64,000 nt of DNA from an uncultured Pseudomonadales bacterium (GCA_964618725.1 CAZUBK010000004.1:15485-79484), one strand, 5' to 3'; shown: positions 31,486 through 42,015, counted from the stretch's first letter. Numbers and translations: made by a program. Notes: generated by a model from the sequence alone, not told the origin.

Positions 31486-31845
31486 ATGGCAAACAGAATC
31501 CTTATCGCAGAAGACGAAAAACCCATGGCCAAGGCCTTGGAATTAAAACTTACTTCAGCCGGTTTCACCGTTGAGGTCGCCTTTGACGGCCAGGAAGCCA
31601 TCCAGAAAATCAAAAGCAATAAATACGACCTCATTCTCCTCGACCTAGTCATGCCCAAGGTTGATGGCTTTGAGGTCTTAAGCGAAATACAAAAACTAAA
31701 ATTAACCACTCCGGTTATAGTCTCCTCCAATCTCAGTCAAGAAGAAGACTATCAAAAAGCTAAAGATCTTGGCGCCAAAGACTATTTCATCAAATCCGAC
31801 ACGACTCTTAACGAACTCATTGAAAAGGTCAAACAAATCCTCTAA
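31486..31845 (+). CDS. single-domain response regulator
   Basis: ILIAEDE, LLDLVMP..DG, YFIK. Confidence 0.93.
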   Translation: MANRILIAEDEKPMAKALELKLTSAGFTVEVAFDGQEAIQKIKSNKYDLILLDLVMPKVDGFEVLSEIQKLKLTTPVIVSSNLSQEEDYQKAKDLGAKDYFIKSDTTLNELIEKVKQIL

Positions 31846-31854
31846 CATCTTCCA

Positions 31855-32550
31855 TTAACGACTTACCAGCAACGATTCAATCTTAACTCTTTGCTCCAAT
31901 TCCTCTCTTACTTTCTTCCAATCTTTTAGGACAATAAAACTATCCTCAGTATAATCAATCAGTCCCTGCCTAATCATCTTATTCAATTCTCTCGAGACAG
32001 TTTCTCTAGATAAATTGACTGAGTTAGCAATATCCTTATGATGCAGTGGTATCCGAATCACTACTGTCTCTTCCCCACTCCTTAGATCAGTAAACCAGTT
32101 AGCCAATGATAGTAATCTCGCCGCCACCCTATCATATGCCCGTTCCATCTCCAAGTTCTCCATTCTGCTACTCAACATAAGGCCGAAGTTTATTAATCTC
32201 TCAACCACCTCTAATAAAATTGTCGGATCAGTGTTTAGAAATGTTTTGAATTTTGTGACCATCCCCCGACTAAGTTCCACTGGCCCAAGTGCTTCAAAGT
32301 TAATATGTCGTTTTGTGGATCTACCCAGACTCGTTAGCAACGGAAAAAAATCCCCTTTACCGTAAATTAAATGTACTTTCTCTTTTCCTTCCAGTGAGGT
32401 TGAGAATACCTTCACGAAACCTTCCCAGATGTAAAAAACATAACGACCACTATTCCTTTCACTCAGAATCAAATCCCCCGACCGATAATCAATTTTTTCT
32501 TGTTTACTAAAGAACTTTTCCATATATGTCTTATCTTCTACTACCCCCAT
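31855..32550 (-). CDS. CRP/FNR family transcriptional regulator
   Basis: cNMP-binding-like domain (EGFVKV, GDFF) and HTH SRETVSREL. Confidence 0.92.
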   Translation of the reverse strand: MGVVEDKTYMEKFFSKQEKIDYRSGDLILSERNSGRYVFYIWEGFVKVFSTSLEGKEKVHLIYGKGDFFPLLTSLGRSTKRHINFEALGPVELSRGMVTKFKTFLNTDPTILLEVVERLINFGLMLSSRMENLEMERAYDRVAARLLSLANWFTDLRSGEETVVIRIPLHHKDIANSVNLSRETVSRELNKMIRQGLIDYTEDSFIVLKDWKKVREELEQRVKIESLLVSR

Positions 32551-32577
32551 ATTTAATCTACCTTATTAGCTTCTGTC

Positions 32578-32593
32578 TGTGATCTAAGTCACT
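32578..32593. promoter_or_regulatory. CRP-type operator
   Basis: TGTGA-TCTAAG-TCACT (9/10 match to TGTGA-N6-TCACA) between crp-like gene and pilB. Confidence 0.7.
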
Positions 32594-32642
32594 GATACGT
32601 CAACGTTTTTTTGTCACTCTATTACTAGATTAGCAAGAATAT

Positions 32643-34358
32643 ATGACCAACTCCATTTCCACTCCACCCACGATATCTCTACCAGATCACATCACCAGCC
32701 AACCCGACTCACTCGAAGAAATCCTTCTTAAAGGCAGTTATGTCTCAGAGGCCGACCTAAAGAAAGCCGTCGAATATCTCAAGAAAAACAAATCTACCCT
32801 TGAAGACTACCTCCTTAACCAAGGACTTCTCACTCCCGACCTACTCGGACAAGCCATGGCCGAGACTCACTCTCTCCCCTACGCCGACCTCAACTCAAAA
32901 ATTCCCACCAAAGAGCAAGTTCTCAAACTCCCTAAAGAAATAGCCATCAGTAATCGACTAATTCTCTTTGAAGAAAATGACAATGCAATCGTCTTCACCA
33001 CTGACAAACCGGAAGTCGTTAATAATCTCACTCCCCAACTCTCTACCCTCTTTCCCAACAAAAAGATTAGTTTTGCCTACTCCCTTGGGGGAGACATCGA
33101 CCACTGTCTGGAATTCTATAAACAACCTCTTAGTGGCCGATTCGAAACCATCCTTACCTCACCCAACAAGATTGCTCCGCAACTAGTGACAGAGATCATC
33201 AAAGACGCCCTTAGTGAAAAGGCCTCCGATATCCACTTCGATCCCCAAGATAAACAAGTCGTTATTCGCCTTAGAATCGACGGTCAACTGCGAAACATCG
33301 GCCAAATCGATCGCATCCTTTACGAAAATGTTCTTAACCATATCAAGATCCTAAGCCACCTCCGTATTGATGAGCACTTCTCTGCTCAAGACGGCGCCAT
33401 GCGCTTCCCCAAGGACGACAGTTTCATCGACATGCGAATCTCCATTGCCCCTACCATTGATGGTGAGAAAGTCGCCATCCGTCTATTAGCCGAATACATC
33501 AAAGGTTTTGGCTACGCCGATCTAGGCATCTCCACCACTCACCAGGAGATCCTTACCAAAGCTATCAAACAGCCCTTTGGCATGATTCTTGTCACTGGAC
33601 CCACCGGTTCCGGCAAAACCACCACTCTCTATTCCCTACTCAAGACTCTCAATACTTCCGAGACTAATATTACTACTATCGAAGACCCTGTTGAATACAA
33701 AATTCTTGGGGTCAATCAAATCCAGGTCAATCCCCTCACCAATCTCACCTTTGCCAAAGGCCTAAAGAGCATTGTCCGCCAAGACCCCAATGTTATCCTT
33801 GTCGGCGAGATACGAGATCTTGAGACCGCCGAGATTGCCATCAATGCCGCTCTAACTGGTCACCTTCTTCTCTCCACTTTCCATGCCAATGATGCTGCTA
33901 CCAGTATTCCCAGACTCCTTGATATGGGTGCCGAACCCTTTCTTCTCGCCTCCACCCTCAACTTAATCATCGCCCAACGTCTCGTCAGACGCCTCTGCAA
34001 CAACTGTCGTATCAGTTACCAGACTACCAATGCCAAGCTTGAAGCCACTTTCCCCCAAGCCCAACATTACTTCCCAAACAAGGGCACCACCCTTTACCAA
34101 GCCAAAGGCTGTGACAACTGTGGTGGTACCGGCTTCAAAGGCCGCACCGCCATCTTCGAGTTCCTCAAAATCACTCCTAAGCTCGAAGAAATCATCCTGA
34201 CTCGCCCCTCAACCCAAGTGATCCATAAACAAGCCCTCATCGATGGTTCGAAATCACTTTTTGAAGACGGCCTTGAAAAAGTACAAACCGGCATCACCAC
34301 CATCGAAGAATTACTTAGAGTTGCTATTCCGCCCAGCAATGGAAAACCAAAATCCTAA
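32643..34358 (+). CDS. pilB: type IV pilus/T2SS assembly ATPase (PilB/GspE)
   Basis: ASDIH, GPTGSGKTTT, TIEDPVE, RQDP, GEIRD, TGH, Zn-binding Cys pairs. Confidence 0.93.
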   Translation: MTNSISTPPTISLPDHITSQPDSLEEILLKGSYVSEADLKKAVEYLKKNKSTLEDYLLNQGLLTPDLLGQAMAETHSLPYADLNSKIPTKEQVLKLPKEIAISNRLILFEENDNAIVFTTDKPEVVNNLTPQLSTLFPNKKISFAYSLGGDIDHCLEFYKQPLSGRFETILTSPNKIAPQLVTEIIKDALSEKASDIHFDPQDKQVVIRLRIDGQLRNIGQIDRILYENVLNHIKILSHLRIDEHFSAQDGAMRFPKDDSFIDMRISIAPTIDGEKVAIRLLAEYIKGFGYADLGISTTHQEILTKAIKQPFGMILVTGPTGSGKTTTLYSLLKTLNTSETNITTIEDPVEYKILGVNQIQVNPLTNLTFAKGLKSIVRQDPNVILVGEIRDLETAEIAINAALTGHLLLSTFHANDAATSIPRLLDMGAEPFLLASTLNLIIAQRLVRRLCNNCRISYQTTNAKLEATFPQAQHYFPNKGTTLYQAKGCDNCGGTGFKGRTAIFEFLKITPKLEEIILTRPSTQVIHKQALIDGSKSLFEDGLEKVQTGITTIEELLRVAIPPSNGKPKS

Positions 34359-35739
34359 TCCACCCCAGAAGACTAATAAAAAAAAACTCGGCCCCTTCTC
34401 CACCCTTGGCATTGGTGGTGATAAGGAGTTCTTTATCGAAAATCTCAGTCTCCTTGTCTCATCTGGAACTGACACCATTAGTGCTCTCAAATCACTCCAG
34501 CAAGAGGTCAAGACCAAAGGCATGAAAAAAGTCATAGGATTAATACTGGAAGACGTCCAATCAGGCGAGTCTCTCTCAAATGCCATCCAAAATACCCACA
34601 TCTTCTCCGTCAATGTAACCTCATTGATTTCAGTCGGCGAACAATCCGGCCGACTATCAGAAAATCTTAAAGTCATCGCTAACCAAGAACGAAAGGAAAA
34701 ATCCTTCCGCTCCAAAATCTCTTCTGCCATGCTCTATCCCGCCTTCGTCATCTGCCTCACCTTCATTGTCGGCATTGCCATCACTTGGTTCATTCTTCCT
34801 CGTCTTGCTACTGTCTTCAGTCAACTCAAGATAGAACTCCCCCTCATTACCAGGATTCTCATTCAATCAGGCAACTTCTTAAATCAATACGGCCTGATTT
34901 TTCTTCCTCTCTTCTTCTTCATTGCCGCTCTCCTCATCTACTTTCTCTTTATCTTTAATAAGACCAAGTTTATCGGCCAGTCTCTCATCTTCCACCTCAC
35001 AGGTATTAATAGCTTGGTAAAAAACATCGAGATTGCTCGTTTCGGTACCATCGTAAGCGGTCTCCTTAATGCCGGCGTCCCCATGACTACTTCACTTAAC
35101 AGCGCTGCTCAAACCGCCTCCTTCTATCAGTACCAGCGCCTCTTTCATTTCCTTGAAACCAAGATCCAAGAAGGCGACTCTTTTCAACAAAGCTTTAGCG
35201 CCTATAAAAGATCTGAAAAACTTATCCCCCTCCCCATCCAACAAATGATCTTCGCCGCGGAGCAGTCAGGCAATCTTGCCACCACATTCAGCAAAATTGG
35301 CGAGGTCTATGAGGAACGCTCAGACACCTCCGCCAAGAATCTCGCCGTTATTCTCGAACCGATTCTCCTCGTCATTGTCTGGCTTGGCGTTGTTGCCGTC
35401 GCCATCGCCGTCATCCTCCCCATTTACAGCCTACTGGGTGGAATAAACAATAATCCCGCTACTCCCCCCACTTCTAACACTCAAGAAGTCGTCCCTCTCA
35501 ACACTCCCACCCCAACACCCGTATCTCTCCAACAACTCGAGGTCCAAGATACTGGAATCGGCTATTTGAATGTCAGACAGCTTCCCTCTACCGACTCATC
35601 CATTATCACCCGTGCCTTGCCAGGAGAAAGCTACACATATCTTCGTCAAGACGGCGAGTGGTACAAAATTATTCTCACTGATCCATCGCTTAGTACTCAA
35701 TCAGGCTGGGTCAATGGCGCCTATGTTCTACCTAAATAA
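34339..35739 (+). CDS. pilC: PilC/GspF platform protein with C-terminal SH3b-like domain
   Basis: GEQSG, MLYP, EQSGNL, LEP; tail LNVR..PST...EWYKI...GWV. Confidence 0.88.
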   Translation: MENQNPNPPQKTNKKKLGPFSTLGIGGDKEFFIENLSLLVSSGTDTISALKSLQQEVKTKGMKKVIGLILEDVQSGESLSNAIQNTHIFSVNVTSLISVGEQSGRLSENLKVIANQERKEKSFRSKISSAMLYPAFVICLTFIVGIAITWFILPRLATVFSQLKIELPLITRILIQSGNFLNQYGLIFLPLFFFIAALLIYFLFIFNKTKFIGQSLIFHLTGINSLVKNIEIARFGTIVSGLLNAGVPMTTSLNSAAQTASFYQYQRLFHFLETKIQEGDSFQQSFSAYKRSEKLIPLPIQQMIFAAEQSGNLATTFSKIGEVYEERSDTSAKNLAVILEPILLVIVWLGVVAVAIAVILPIYSLLGGINNNPATPPTSNTQEVVPLNTPTPTPVSLQQLEVQDTGIGYLNVRQLPSTDSSIITRALPGESYTYLRQDGEWYKIILTDPSLSTQSGWVNGAYVLPK

Positions 35740-36202
35740 ATTACACTTCTCTTTCTTGATACCTGTAAACAAAAACATTCAAGGATTTACCTTGATCGAA
35801 ATTCTTCTCTCCATTTCCTTAATCGCCGCTCTCGCCGGCGTTAGCACCCCCATCTATCGCCTTCTTCAAGTTCGAAACGATCTTGATATCACCATAAATA
35901 GCCTGGCTCAAACCCTTCGACGCGCCCAGATTCTCTCGTCAGCCGTCGACGGCGACACTACCTGGGGAGTCAACATACAAAACGGTAGTCTTACCCTCTT
36001 TAAAGGCAGCAGTTTTACTTCTCGCGATTCCACCTATGACGAAACATTCAATATCTCCTCCAGTATCTCCGTCTCCGGTCTACAAGAAGTAGTCTACGCC
36101 AAGTTCGCCGGTCTACCCCAGAGTATCGGTACAACTACACTGACTACCAGCAGCGACTCTCGCTCAATCACCATTAATACCAAGGGTACACTCAGCTTCT
36201 AG
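35723..36202 (+). CDS. minor pilin (FimT/GspH-like)
   Basis: GFTLIEILL prepilin motif; start uncertain. Confidence 0.85.
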   Translation: MFYLNKLHFSFLIPVNKNIQGFTLIEILLSISLIAALAGVSTPIYRLLQVRNDLDITINSLAQTLRRAQILSSAVDGDTTWGVNIQNGSLTLFKGSSFTSRDSTYDETFNISSSISVSGLQEVVYAKFAGLPQSIGTTTLTTSSDSRSITINTKGTLSF

Positions 36203-36217
36203 AAGTTAAATTCTTTT

Positions 36218-36808
36218 ATGCCTACTAAACAAAAAATCTACGGTTTCTCCATCGTCGAAGTCTTACTCGCTGTCTCTATTCTTGCTCTCATCATCACTAC
36301 TCTTTTTGGCGGCATCATCTACGGCCAACAGACAACTCAGGTCGCCGGCAGCACCGCTAGAGCCTCTATTATTGCCAACGAAGGACTCGAAGCCGTCAGA
36401 AATATTCGTGACCACGCCTTCAGTAACCTCGTTGACGGTACATACGGCCTTGCCATTACCTCCAATACTTGGGGGTTCTCCGGTAGCTCCGACACCACCG
36501 ATACTTTCACCCGCTCAATCACCATCTCCACCATCGACGCCGACAGCAAACAAATCGTCAGCAATGTTACCTGGACCCAAAATCAGCAACGAACCGGCCT
36601 CGTCTCTCTCACCACTTACCTTACTGCCTGGAAAGCTAGCGCTGGCTCACCCACTAGTTGCGTCACTATTTGTCAAAACCTTCTATTTTCTTCTGGAATC
36701 TGTCGCACCGATCTCAGCCAATGTACCCTCCACAGCGAAATCAATGAACCAACGGGCGATGCTTTTTGCACTGCCGGTACCAACGATACTTGCTGTTGCA
36801 AACCCTAA
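36218..36808 (+). CDS. minor pilin (PilV-like) with 8-Cys tail
   Basis: GFSIVEVLL, EGLEAVR. Confidence 0.85.
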   Translation: MPTKQKIYGFSIVEVLLAVSILALIITTLFGGIIYGQQTTQVAGSTARASIIANEGLEAVRNIRDHAFSNLVDGTYGLAITSNTWGFSGSSDTTDTFTRSITISTIDADSKQIVSNVTWTQNQQRTGLVSLTTYLTAWKASAGSPTSCVTICQNLLFSSGICRTDLSQCTLHSEINEPTGDAFCTAGTNDTCCCKP

Positions 36809-36812
36809 GCAA

Positions 36813-37334
36813 ATGAAAGACCATCTTCACAAATCTAACCAGAACTCCGCCTTCACTTTAATCGAACTCCTCCTCTATACCTCTCTCATGACAGCAACCC
36901 TCCTTGCCCTCATTCCCGTTCTCCAAACTTTCCTCGCTGCCCGCATCAAGAATCAAACCGTTGCAGAAATCGAACAACAGGGACTCCAAGCCATCCAACT
37001 CATCACTCAAACCATTCGTAATGCTGACGCCATCAACTCACCCGCCACTGGCGTTTCCGCCGCTTCACTCTCGTTAGATATGGTCGGCATCTCGCTTGAT
37101 CCCACTGTTTTCGATCTCTCCTCATCTACTCTCCGCATCCAAGAAGCCGCCAGCTCCCCCGTCTCTCTCACCTCCTCATCAATCACCACCTCTTCACTCT
37201 CTTTTTACAATCTCACCAGAGCCAGTACTCCCGGTACCATTAGAATTCAGTTCACTCTTACTTATGTTAATCCCACTGGACGTAATGAATACAATTACTC
37301 AAAAACATTCTATGCCACCGCTACCCTTAGATAA
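36813..37334 (+). CDS. minor pilin (PilW/GspJ-like)
   Basis: [15 protein letters not shown]. Confidence 0.85.
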   Translation: MKDHLHKSNQNSAFTLIELLLYTSLMTATLLALIPVLQTFLAARIKNQTVAEIEQQGLQAIQLITQTIRNADAINSPATGVSAASLSLDMVGISLDPTVFDLSSSTLRIQEAASSPVSLTSSSITTSSLSFYNLTRASTPGTIRIQFTLTYVNPTGRNEYNYSKTFYATATLR

Positions 37335-37722
37335 CAAAAACACCGGCTACGTCACTCTCATTAGTGCCATTATCATCAGTCTCATTAGCAGTGCCATTGC
37401 CGTTTCTCTCCTCCTCTTGGGTCTATCAAGCTCTCGTACCAGCTTCACCCTCGTCCAAAGCAACCAAGCTAAAGCCCTTGCCGACGCCTGCGCCGAGGAG
37501 GCCCTCCAACAAATTCGTGCTTCTCTTATCTTCACTGGTTCCGCTTCTGTTTCTCTTGGAGCAGGCTCTTGTACCTATACCGTCACCTCTCAAGGCGCTC
37601 AGAATCGGACTGCCACTGTCTCAGGCACAGTTGGTACCGTTGTCCGTAAAGTCCAAATCACCCTTGATTCAATTAATCCTGATATCAACATCACTTCTTG
37701 GCAAGAAGTTGCCGACTTCTAA
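37312..37722 (+). CDS. minor pilin (PilX/GspK-like)
   Basis: GYVTLIS without E5, A.ALADAC.EEAL, SWQE end. Confidence 0.8.
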   Translation: MPPLPLDNKNTGYVTLISAIIISLISSAIAVSLLLLGLSSSRTSFTLVQSNQAKALADACAEEALQQIRASLIFTGSASVSLGAGSCTYTVTSQGAQNRTATVSGTVGTVVRKVQITLDSINPDINITSWQEVADF

Positions 37723-37759
37723 AAGTGTTAGTATTTACTTAAGAACAATTACACCATCT

Positions 37760-38209
37760 ATGCTCAAAATCAAACAAAAAAACGGTTTCACTCTTCTCGA
37801 GATCCTTCTCGTCGTTGCCGCCATCGGCATCTTAGCTGGCATAGTCATTCTCGCCATCAATCCAAGCAAACAACTTGCCGATACCCGTAACGCTCAAAGA
37901 CGCGTCGACGTCAATACTATCCTTAATGCTGTCTATCAATACTCCATTGACAACAACGGTAGTCTACCCAGCTCAATCACCACCTCGGCCACAGCTATCT
38001 GTCAAACCGGCTCTGGCTCGTGTACTGGACTAATCGACCTTACCGTCCTCACCACCAGTGAAAAGTATCTCGTCTCTATCCCCAAAGATCCCCTCATTAC
38101 CGCCACTAGTGGCACGACCGATTATACTATCGTCAAATCCAGTAACGGCCGTGTCACCGTCGCTGCTCCAAGTGCTGAACAGTCTGCCACTATTAGTGTC
38201 ACCCGTTAA
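37760..38209 (+). CDS. major type IV pilin-like protein
   Basis: [13 protein letters not shown]...AINP...RNAQR; YL..IPKDP. Confidence 0.9.
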   Translation: MLKIKQKNGFTLLEILLVVAAIGILAGIVILAINPSKQLADTRNAQRRVDVNTILNAVYQYSIDNNGSLPSSITTSATAICQTGSGSCTGLIDLTVLTTSEKYLVSIPKDPLITATSGTTDYTIVKSSNGRVTVAAPSAEQSATISVTR

Positions 38210-38220
38210 ATTGTTTCACG

Positions 38221-39609
38221 ATGTTCAAACCACCAAAGGACAAATTTACCTCTATTCTGATCCCCATCAATCAGAACAAAACTGGCAGCCTTATCCTCCA
38301 ACTCCTTATCTTCCTCCTGATTCTTTTTCCTACCGGTCTTCTCTCCAGTATCCTAAGCACCAAAATCTACCAAACTTTAGGCTCTATAGGGCCCACTATC
38401 GAGCTGATCACTCTAATCGGACTCATCTTCCTCGCTAATGCAATCTCCACTTTTTTCATTGTCCGTTTAGTCAGAACCTCGTTAAGCCGTCATCTACTCG
38501 AAGAAGAACGCACCAAAGACGAAATTATTCTTGCGTCTCTCGGTAGAGGTCTAGTAGTCTTTGACCGTTCCGGTCGTATCACCAAAGTCAACCAAGCCTT
38601 CGAGAAACTCACCGGTTTCAGCGAAAGAGAGACCGTTGGTAAACACCTGGCTGACATAATCTTAATCAAAGATGAGAATGACAATCTAGTCTCTTTCCAC
38701 GACAAGATCTTCGCTAGAATTCTCCGAAATGAACGAGTCGGTAGTAAAACCACCACCCCATATTACTATACCCGCAAAGACAAAACCCGCTTTCCTGTCA
38801 AATTTATGATTTCTCCCATTAAAGTCGGCTCCACCATCACTGGAGCTGTCCAAACTTTTAGGGATGCCACTAAAGATCAAGAGATTGACCGGGCCAAATC
38901 TGAGTTTGTCTCCCTTGCCTCGCATCAGCTTCGTACCCCACTCACCACCATCAATTGGTACATCGAGATGCTTACCTCCAAAAAAACCGGCCCCGTCAAC
39001 AAGATCCAGTCGACATACATTCAAGAAATTACCCGCGCCAGTAAGCGTATGGTTGAACTAGTCAACTCTCTTCTTAATGTCAGTCGTATCGAAATGGGAA
39101 CATTTAGTATTGAACCTCTCCCCGTTGACGTCGTTCAATTGGCCGAAGCTACGATAAAGGAATTATTTCCCCAGATTACCACCAAGCATCTCAAATTAAC
39201 CAAAATCTATGATCCCAAAGATATCATCATCAAGAATGATCCCAAACTCGTCAGTATCATCATCCAGAATCTACTTAGTAATGCTGTTAAGTACACTCCC
39301 AAAGACGGCAAGATTGGCCTTAGCATCAAAGGTGTCAATGCTCATATTCTCATCAAAGTCACAGATACCGGTCTCGGTATTCCTGCTCCACAACAAGACA
39401 AGATCTTTGGCAAGTTCTTCCGTGCCGACAATGTTCAAATAATGGATGTCGACGGCACCGGTCTTGGCCTCTATCTCACCAAAACCATTGTCAACATTTG
39501 CAAAGGCCGAATCTGGTTTGAGTCAACCGAAGGCAAAGGCACTACTTTTTTCGTCAATCTACCCCTAAAAAGCTCACATCTCAAAAAATCTGCCAGGACT
39601 ATCAAATGA
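38221..39609 (+). CDS. PAS-domain sensor histidine kinase
   Basis: SHQLRTP H-box, NLLSNAVKY, DTGLGI, GTGLGL; two TM. Confidence 0.94.
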   Translation: MFKPPKDKFTSILIPINQNKTGSLILQLLIFLLILFPTGLLSSILSTKIYQTLGSIGPTIELITLIGLIFLANAISTFFIVRLVRTSLSRHLLEEERTKDEIILASLGRGLVVFDRSGRITKVNQAFEKLTGFSERETVGKHLADIILIKDENDNLVSFHDKIFARILRNERVGSKTTTPYYYTRKDKTRFPVKFMISPIKVGSTITGAVQTFRDATKDQEIDRAKSEFVSLASHQLRTPLTTINWYIEMLTSKKTGPVNKIQSTYIQEITRASKRMVELVNSLLNVSRIEMGTFSIEPLPVDVVQLAEATIKELFPQITTKHLKLTKIYDPKDIIIKNDPKLVSIIIQNLLSNAVKYTPKDGKIGLSIKGVNAHILIKVTDTGLGIPAPQQDKIFGKFFRADNVQIMDVDGTGLGLYLTKTIVNICKGRIWFESTEGKGTTFFVNLPLKSSHLKKSARTIK

Positions 39610-39614
39610 ACTTT

Positions 39615-40418
39615 TTAAAGCCAACTCCACATCTTCATCGCTTCCCATACATTCTTCACTTCAACCACTCCAGCTGGCAATTCTCCATGCGCTCCAAAAA
39701 CAATTTCGCTTTGTATCTTCACCAAATTAGTCTCAGGTACACCAGCGTGTAGGGGAGCGAGAATATCCCCTTGCAAACTATCACCCCAGACCCCCACCTC
39801 ACTTGGCAAAACCCCTTCTTCCTCAATCAGCTGCTGCCACTGCTCTATCCCTTTTGGACCATTTACCGTTATTGTCTTAACACCGTTAAGACAATCAATC
39901 AAACCGTTGCTGGCCAATTTGAAATTAGTCCAACGATCATCTGCATGTGTCGCTGCAATCACTCTTACTTCTTTAAGTGAAGACCAGACCAAGGCCGCTT
40001 TCTCTACCTCCTCACAGACAACTGGCAAATCATTCCAATATATCTGCATCGCCTCATCTTGTGCCCTTTCTAAAACCTCCCGCTCTTCTCTCCCCAAACC
40101 AAGCCGAAAGAATACCACCGACATTGCCAGAGGCATCACTTCTGGGTCCACCCATAGCTTTGATTTCAGACTACCCATTGCCTCAAAGATCATACCTCTA
40201 ACCTCTAGTACATCCATCCCTGCCCCAACAGCCAGTATATCGGCCGCAGACTCAATTCTTCTTATAAAAACATCGTGAGTCTTCACCAAAGTATCATCAA
40301 CATCCAGAAATAAAACTTTAATACCCCTACGTCGAAGTCCCGACTCAAATCTCTCTGCTTGAATTTCAAAACTCAAATCATCAAACCTTGATTCACTTTC
40401 TTTCATGTTTTTCATCAT
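39615..40418 (-). CDS. HAD-family hydrolase
   Basis: FLDVDDTL, GPK, GDS..GDI; start uncertain. Confidence 0.8.
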   Translation of the reverse strand: MMKNMKESESRFDDLSFEIQAERFESGLRRRGIKVLFLDVDDTLVKTHDVFIRRIESAADILAVGAGMDVLEVRGMIFEAMGSLKSKLWVDPEVMPLAMSVVFFRLGLGREEREVLERAQDEAMQIYWNDLPVVCEEVEKAALVWSSLKEVRVIAATHADDRWTNFKLASNGLIDCLNGVKTITVNGPKGIEQWQQLIEEEGVLPSEVGVWGDSLQGDILAPLHAGVPETNLVKIQSEIVFGAHGELPAGVVEVKNVWEAMKMWSWL

Positions 40419-41060
40419 ACCCGAATTCCTGGGGGAGTAAAGACCACCACCCTCTAGTAATACTCTCTCCCCGCCTATAATTAACTTTTCACAGCAGACC
40501 ATATCCCATACTTTTACTTATATTTTGATATTTGACCAATTCACACTCCATCACCTGCTTTAATCCTTTTTTCAATCTACCACTCAACGCACCATAGGGG
40601 AGTCTAAAAAAACTAATTCCCAGGAGTCTTTTCGGACAGCGACTCACCTACTAAGCTAAAATACAGTTACGTCGCACATTGTTACATAATATCAACCGCC
40701 TACAATACCTCTAAAAGGCTTTCTGACCCCTGCAATATACTGACACAAACCAACAGAAAGGGCAGACTTCATCCTCCCAGGGACAAACTAATATAATTTT
40801 CTATCAACTTGATATTATCTCGAGTGCAGCCTCTTCAAATCTAATGACACAGTCTGATATGTCATTATTTCCCTCTATTTCTTTCAACATTAATTCCCGC
40901 ATTTCTCCTTTTTCCACACTTTATCCACTCACCACTCAAAATAGACCTTATAACAGATCAAGCACTTTTTTTACTCAAGTTACCCTCTCAAAAACTCTTT
41001 GAGTAATTTATTTACACAACTACCCCACCCTCTAACCCAACTATTGGCTAAACCCTCTCC

Positions 41061-41171
41061 CCCTTACAGGATCTTCGACCCATTCGCTGAAGCTCAGGAT
41101 CTTCGACCCTTACGGGATCTTCGACCCATTCGCTGAAGCTCAGGATCTTCGACCCTTACGGGATCTTCGAC
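41061..41171. repeat. REP-like array, reverse complement of the 10925 family, S-L-S-L-S
   Basis: GGATCTTCGAC core with CCATTCGCTGAAGCTCA or CCTTAC. Confidence 0.93.
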
Positions 41172-41190
41172 TTTCTGGTAAAATACCCTC

Positions 41191-41364
41191 ATGGCAAAAA
41201 AAGGCCCCCGACAACTAGCTGGACTCAAATGTACCGTTTGTAGTAACTTCAACTATCTCTCCGAGAGAAACCGTACTAACACGGTTGAAAAATTGATGAT
41301 CAAGAAGCACTGCCCGAAGTGCCGCAAACATACGGAGCACAAAGAAGTATCTAAGCTCAAATAA
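41191..41364 (+). CDS. rpmG: 50S ribosomal protein L33 (Zn-binding form), not in ORF track
   Basis: MAKKGPRQ...CTVC..NY...KHCPKCRKHTEHKE. Confidence 0.95.
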   Translation: MAKKGPRQLAGLKCTVCSNFNYLSERNRTNTVEKLMIKKHCPKCRKHTEHKEVSKLK

Positions 41365-41376
41365 AGTGAAGTCCTT

Positions 41377-42015
41377 TTAATCTTCCTCCCTATTCGCAAT
41401 CCATAGATTTGCATCCTGCATCCCCATTTCCATGGGCCATTCGTCTTCTTTCCTAGTCAACAAAAAAAACATCCGGTAATCCTCTACCACAAAGTGTTTA
41501 CCTTCCTCCCCCTCCAGCATATTCTCATCCCACCATCTATTGGAGAAGTCAGAAAAACCTAACTTCATGTCCTTACCTGCATACAAGTGATATGGATTTG
41601 CCAACCAAAGTTGTCTCTTCTCCATATCTATCCCCGTTACTAGACTGTAATGTCCATCTTCATCACTCTCACCGTTTTCGACGTCTTCGAATATCCCCTG
41701 CCACTCAACTCCTAAAGGATAGCCTCGTCCATTCACTATTTTGTCGATATCGCGATATTTTGCCTCTTCTTTGTACCACAGCTTAAAGTCCGGAGCCAAA
41801 GCTCTCACTGCCAATACCATATCGGCCAAAGTAACTCCATGTTCTTTTAGCCTCGATTTAACATTAGCTGCCTTCACAATCTCCCGTTGCAAAACTCTCA
41901 CCCCCAAATGGTCAAACATCATTCGTAGCGTTGCTGGTCCACAATGAGAATCCGAGATCTGCATTACCCGTTTGATATGAGAAAACCTACCTTCGTGTCT
42001 AGAGTTGCTTGCCAT
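41377..42015 (-). CDS. C39-like cysteine peptidase
   Basis: QISDSHCGPA, GHYSLV, LANP. Confidence 0.8.
   Translation of the reverse strand: MASNSRHEGRFSHIKRVMQISDSHCGPATLRMMFDHLGVRVLQREIVKAANVKSRLKEHGVTLADMVLAVRALAPDFKLWYKEEAKYRDIDKIVNGRGYPLGVEWQGIFEDVENGESDEDGHYSLVTGIDMEKRQLWLANPYHLYAGKDMKLGFSDFSNRWWDENMLEGEEGKHFVVEDYRMFFLLTRKEDEWPMEMGMQDANLWIANREED

Noticed and set aside
36282-38209. Long N-terminal extensions on pilin ORFs in the track
   Set aside because: Prepilin motifs place true starts at 36813, 37312 and 37760; extensions overlap upstream genes
40505-41060. oriC or replication terminus
   Set aside because: Only about two DnaA-like boxes, poor dif match, no dnaA/dnaN nearby and no GC-skew switch
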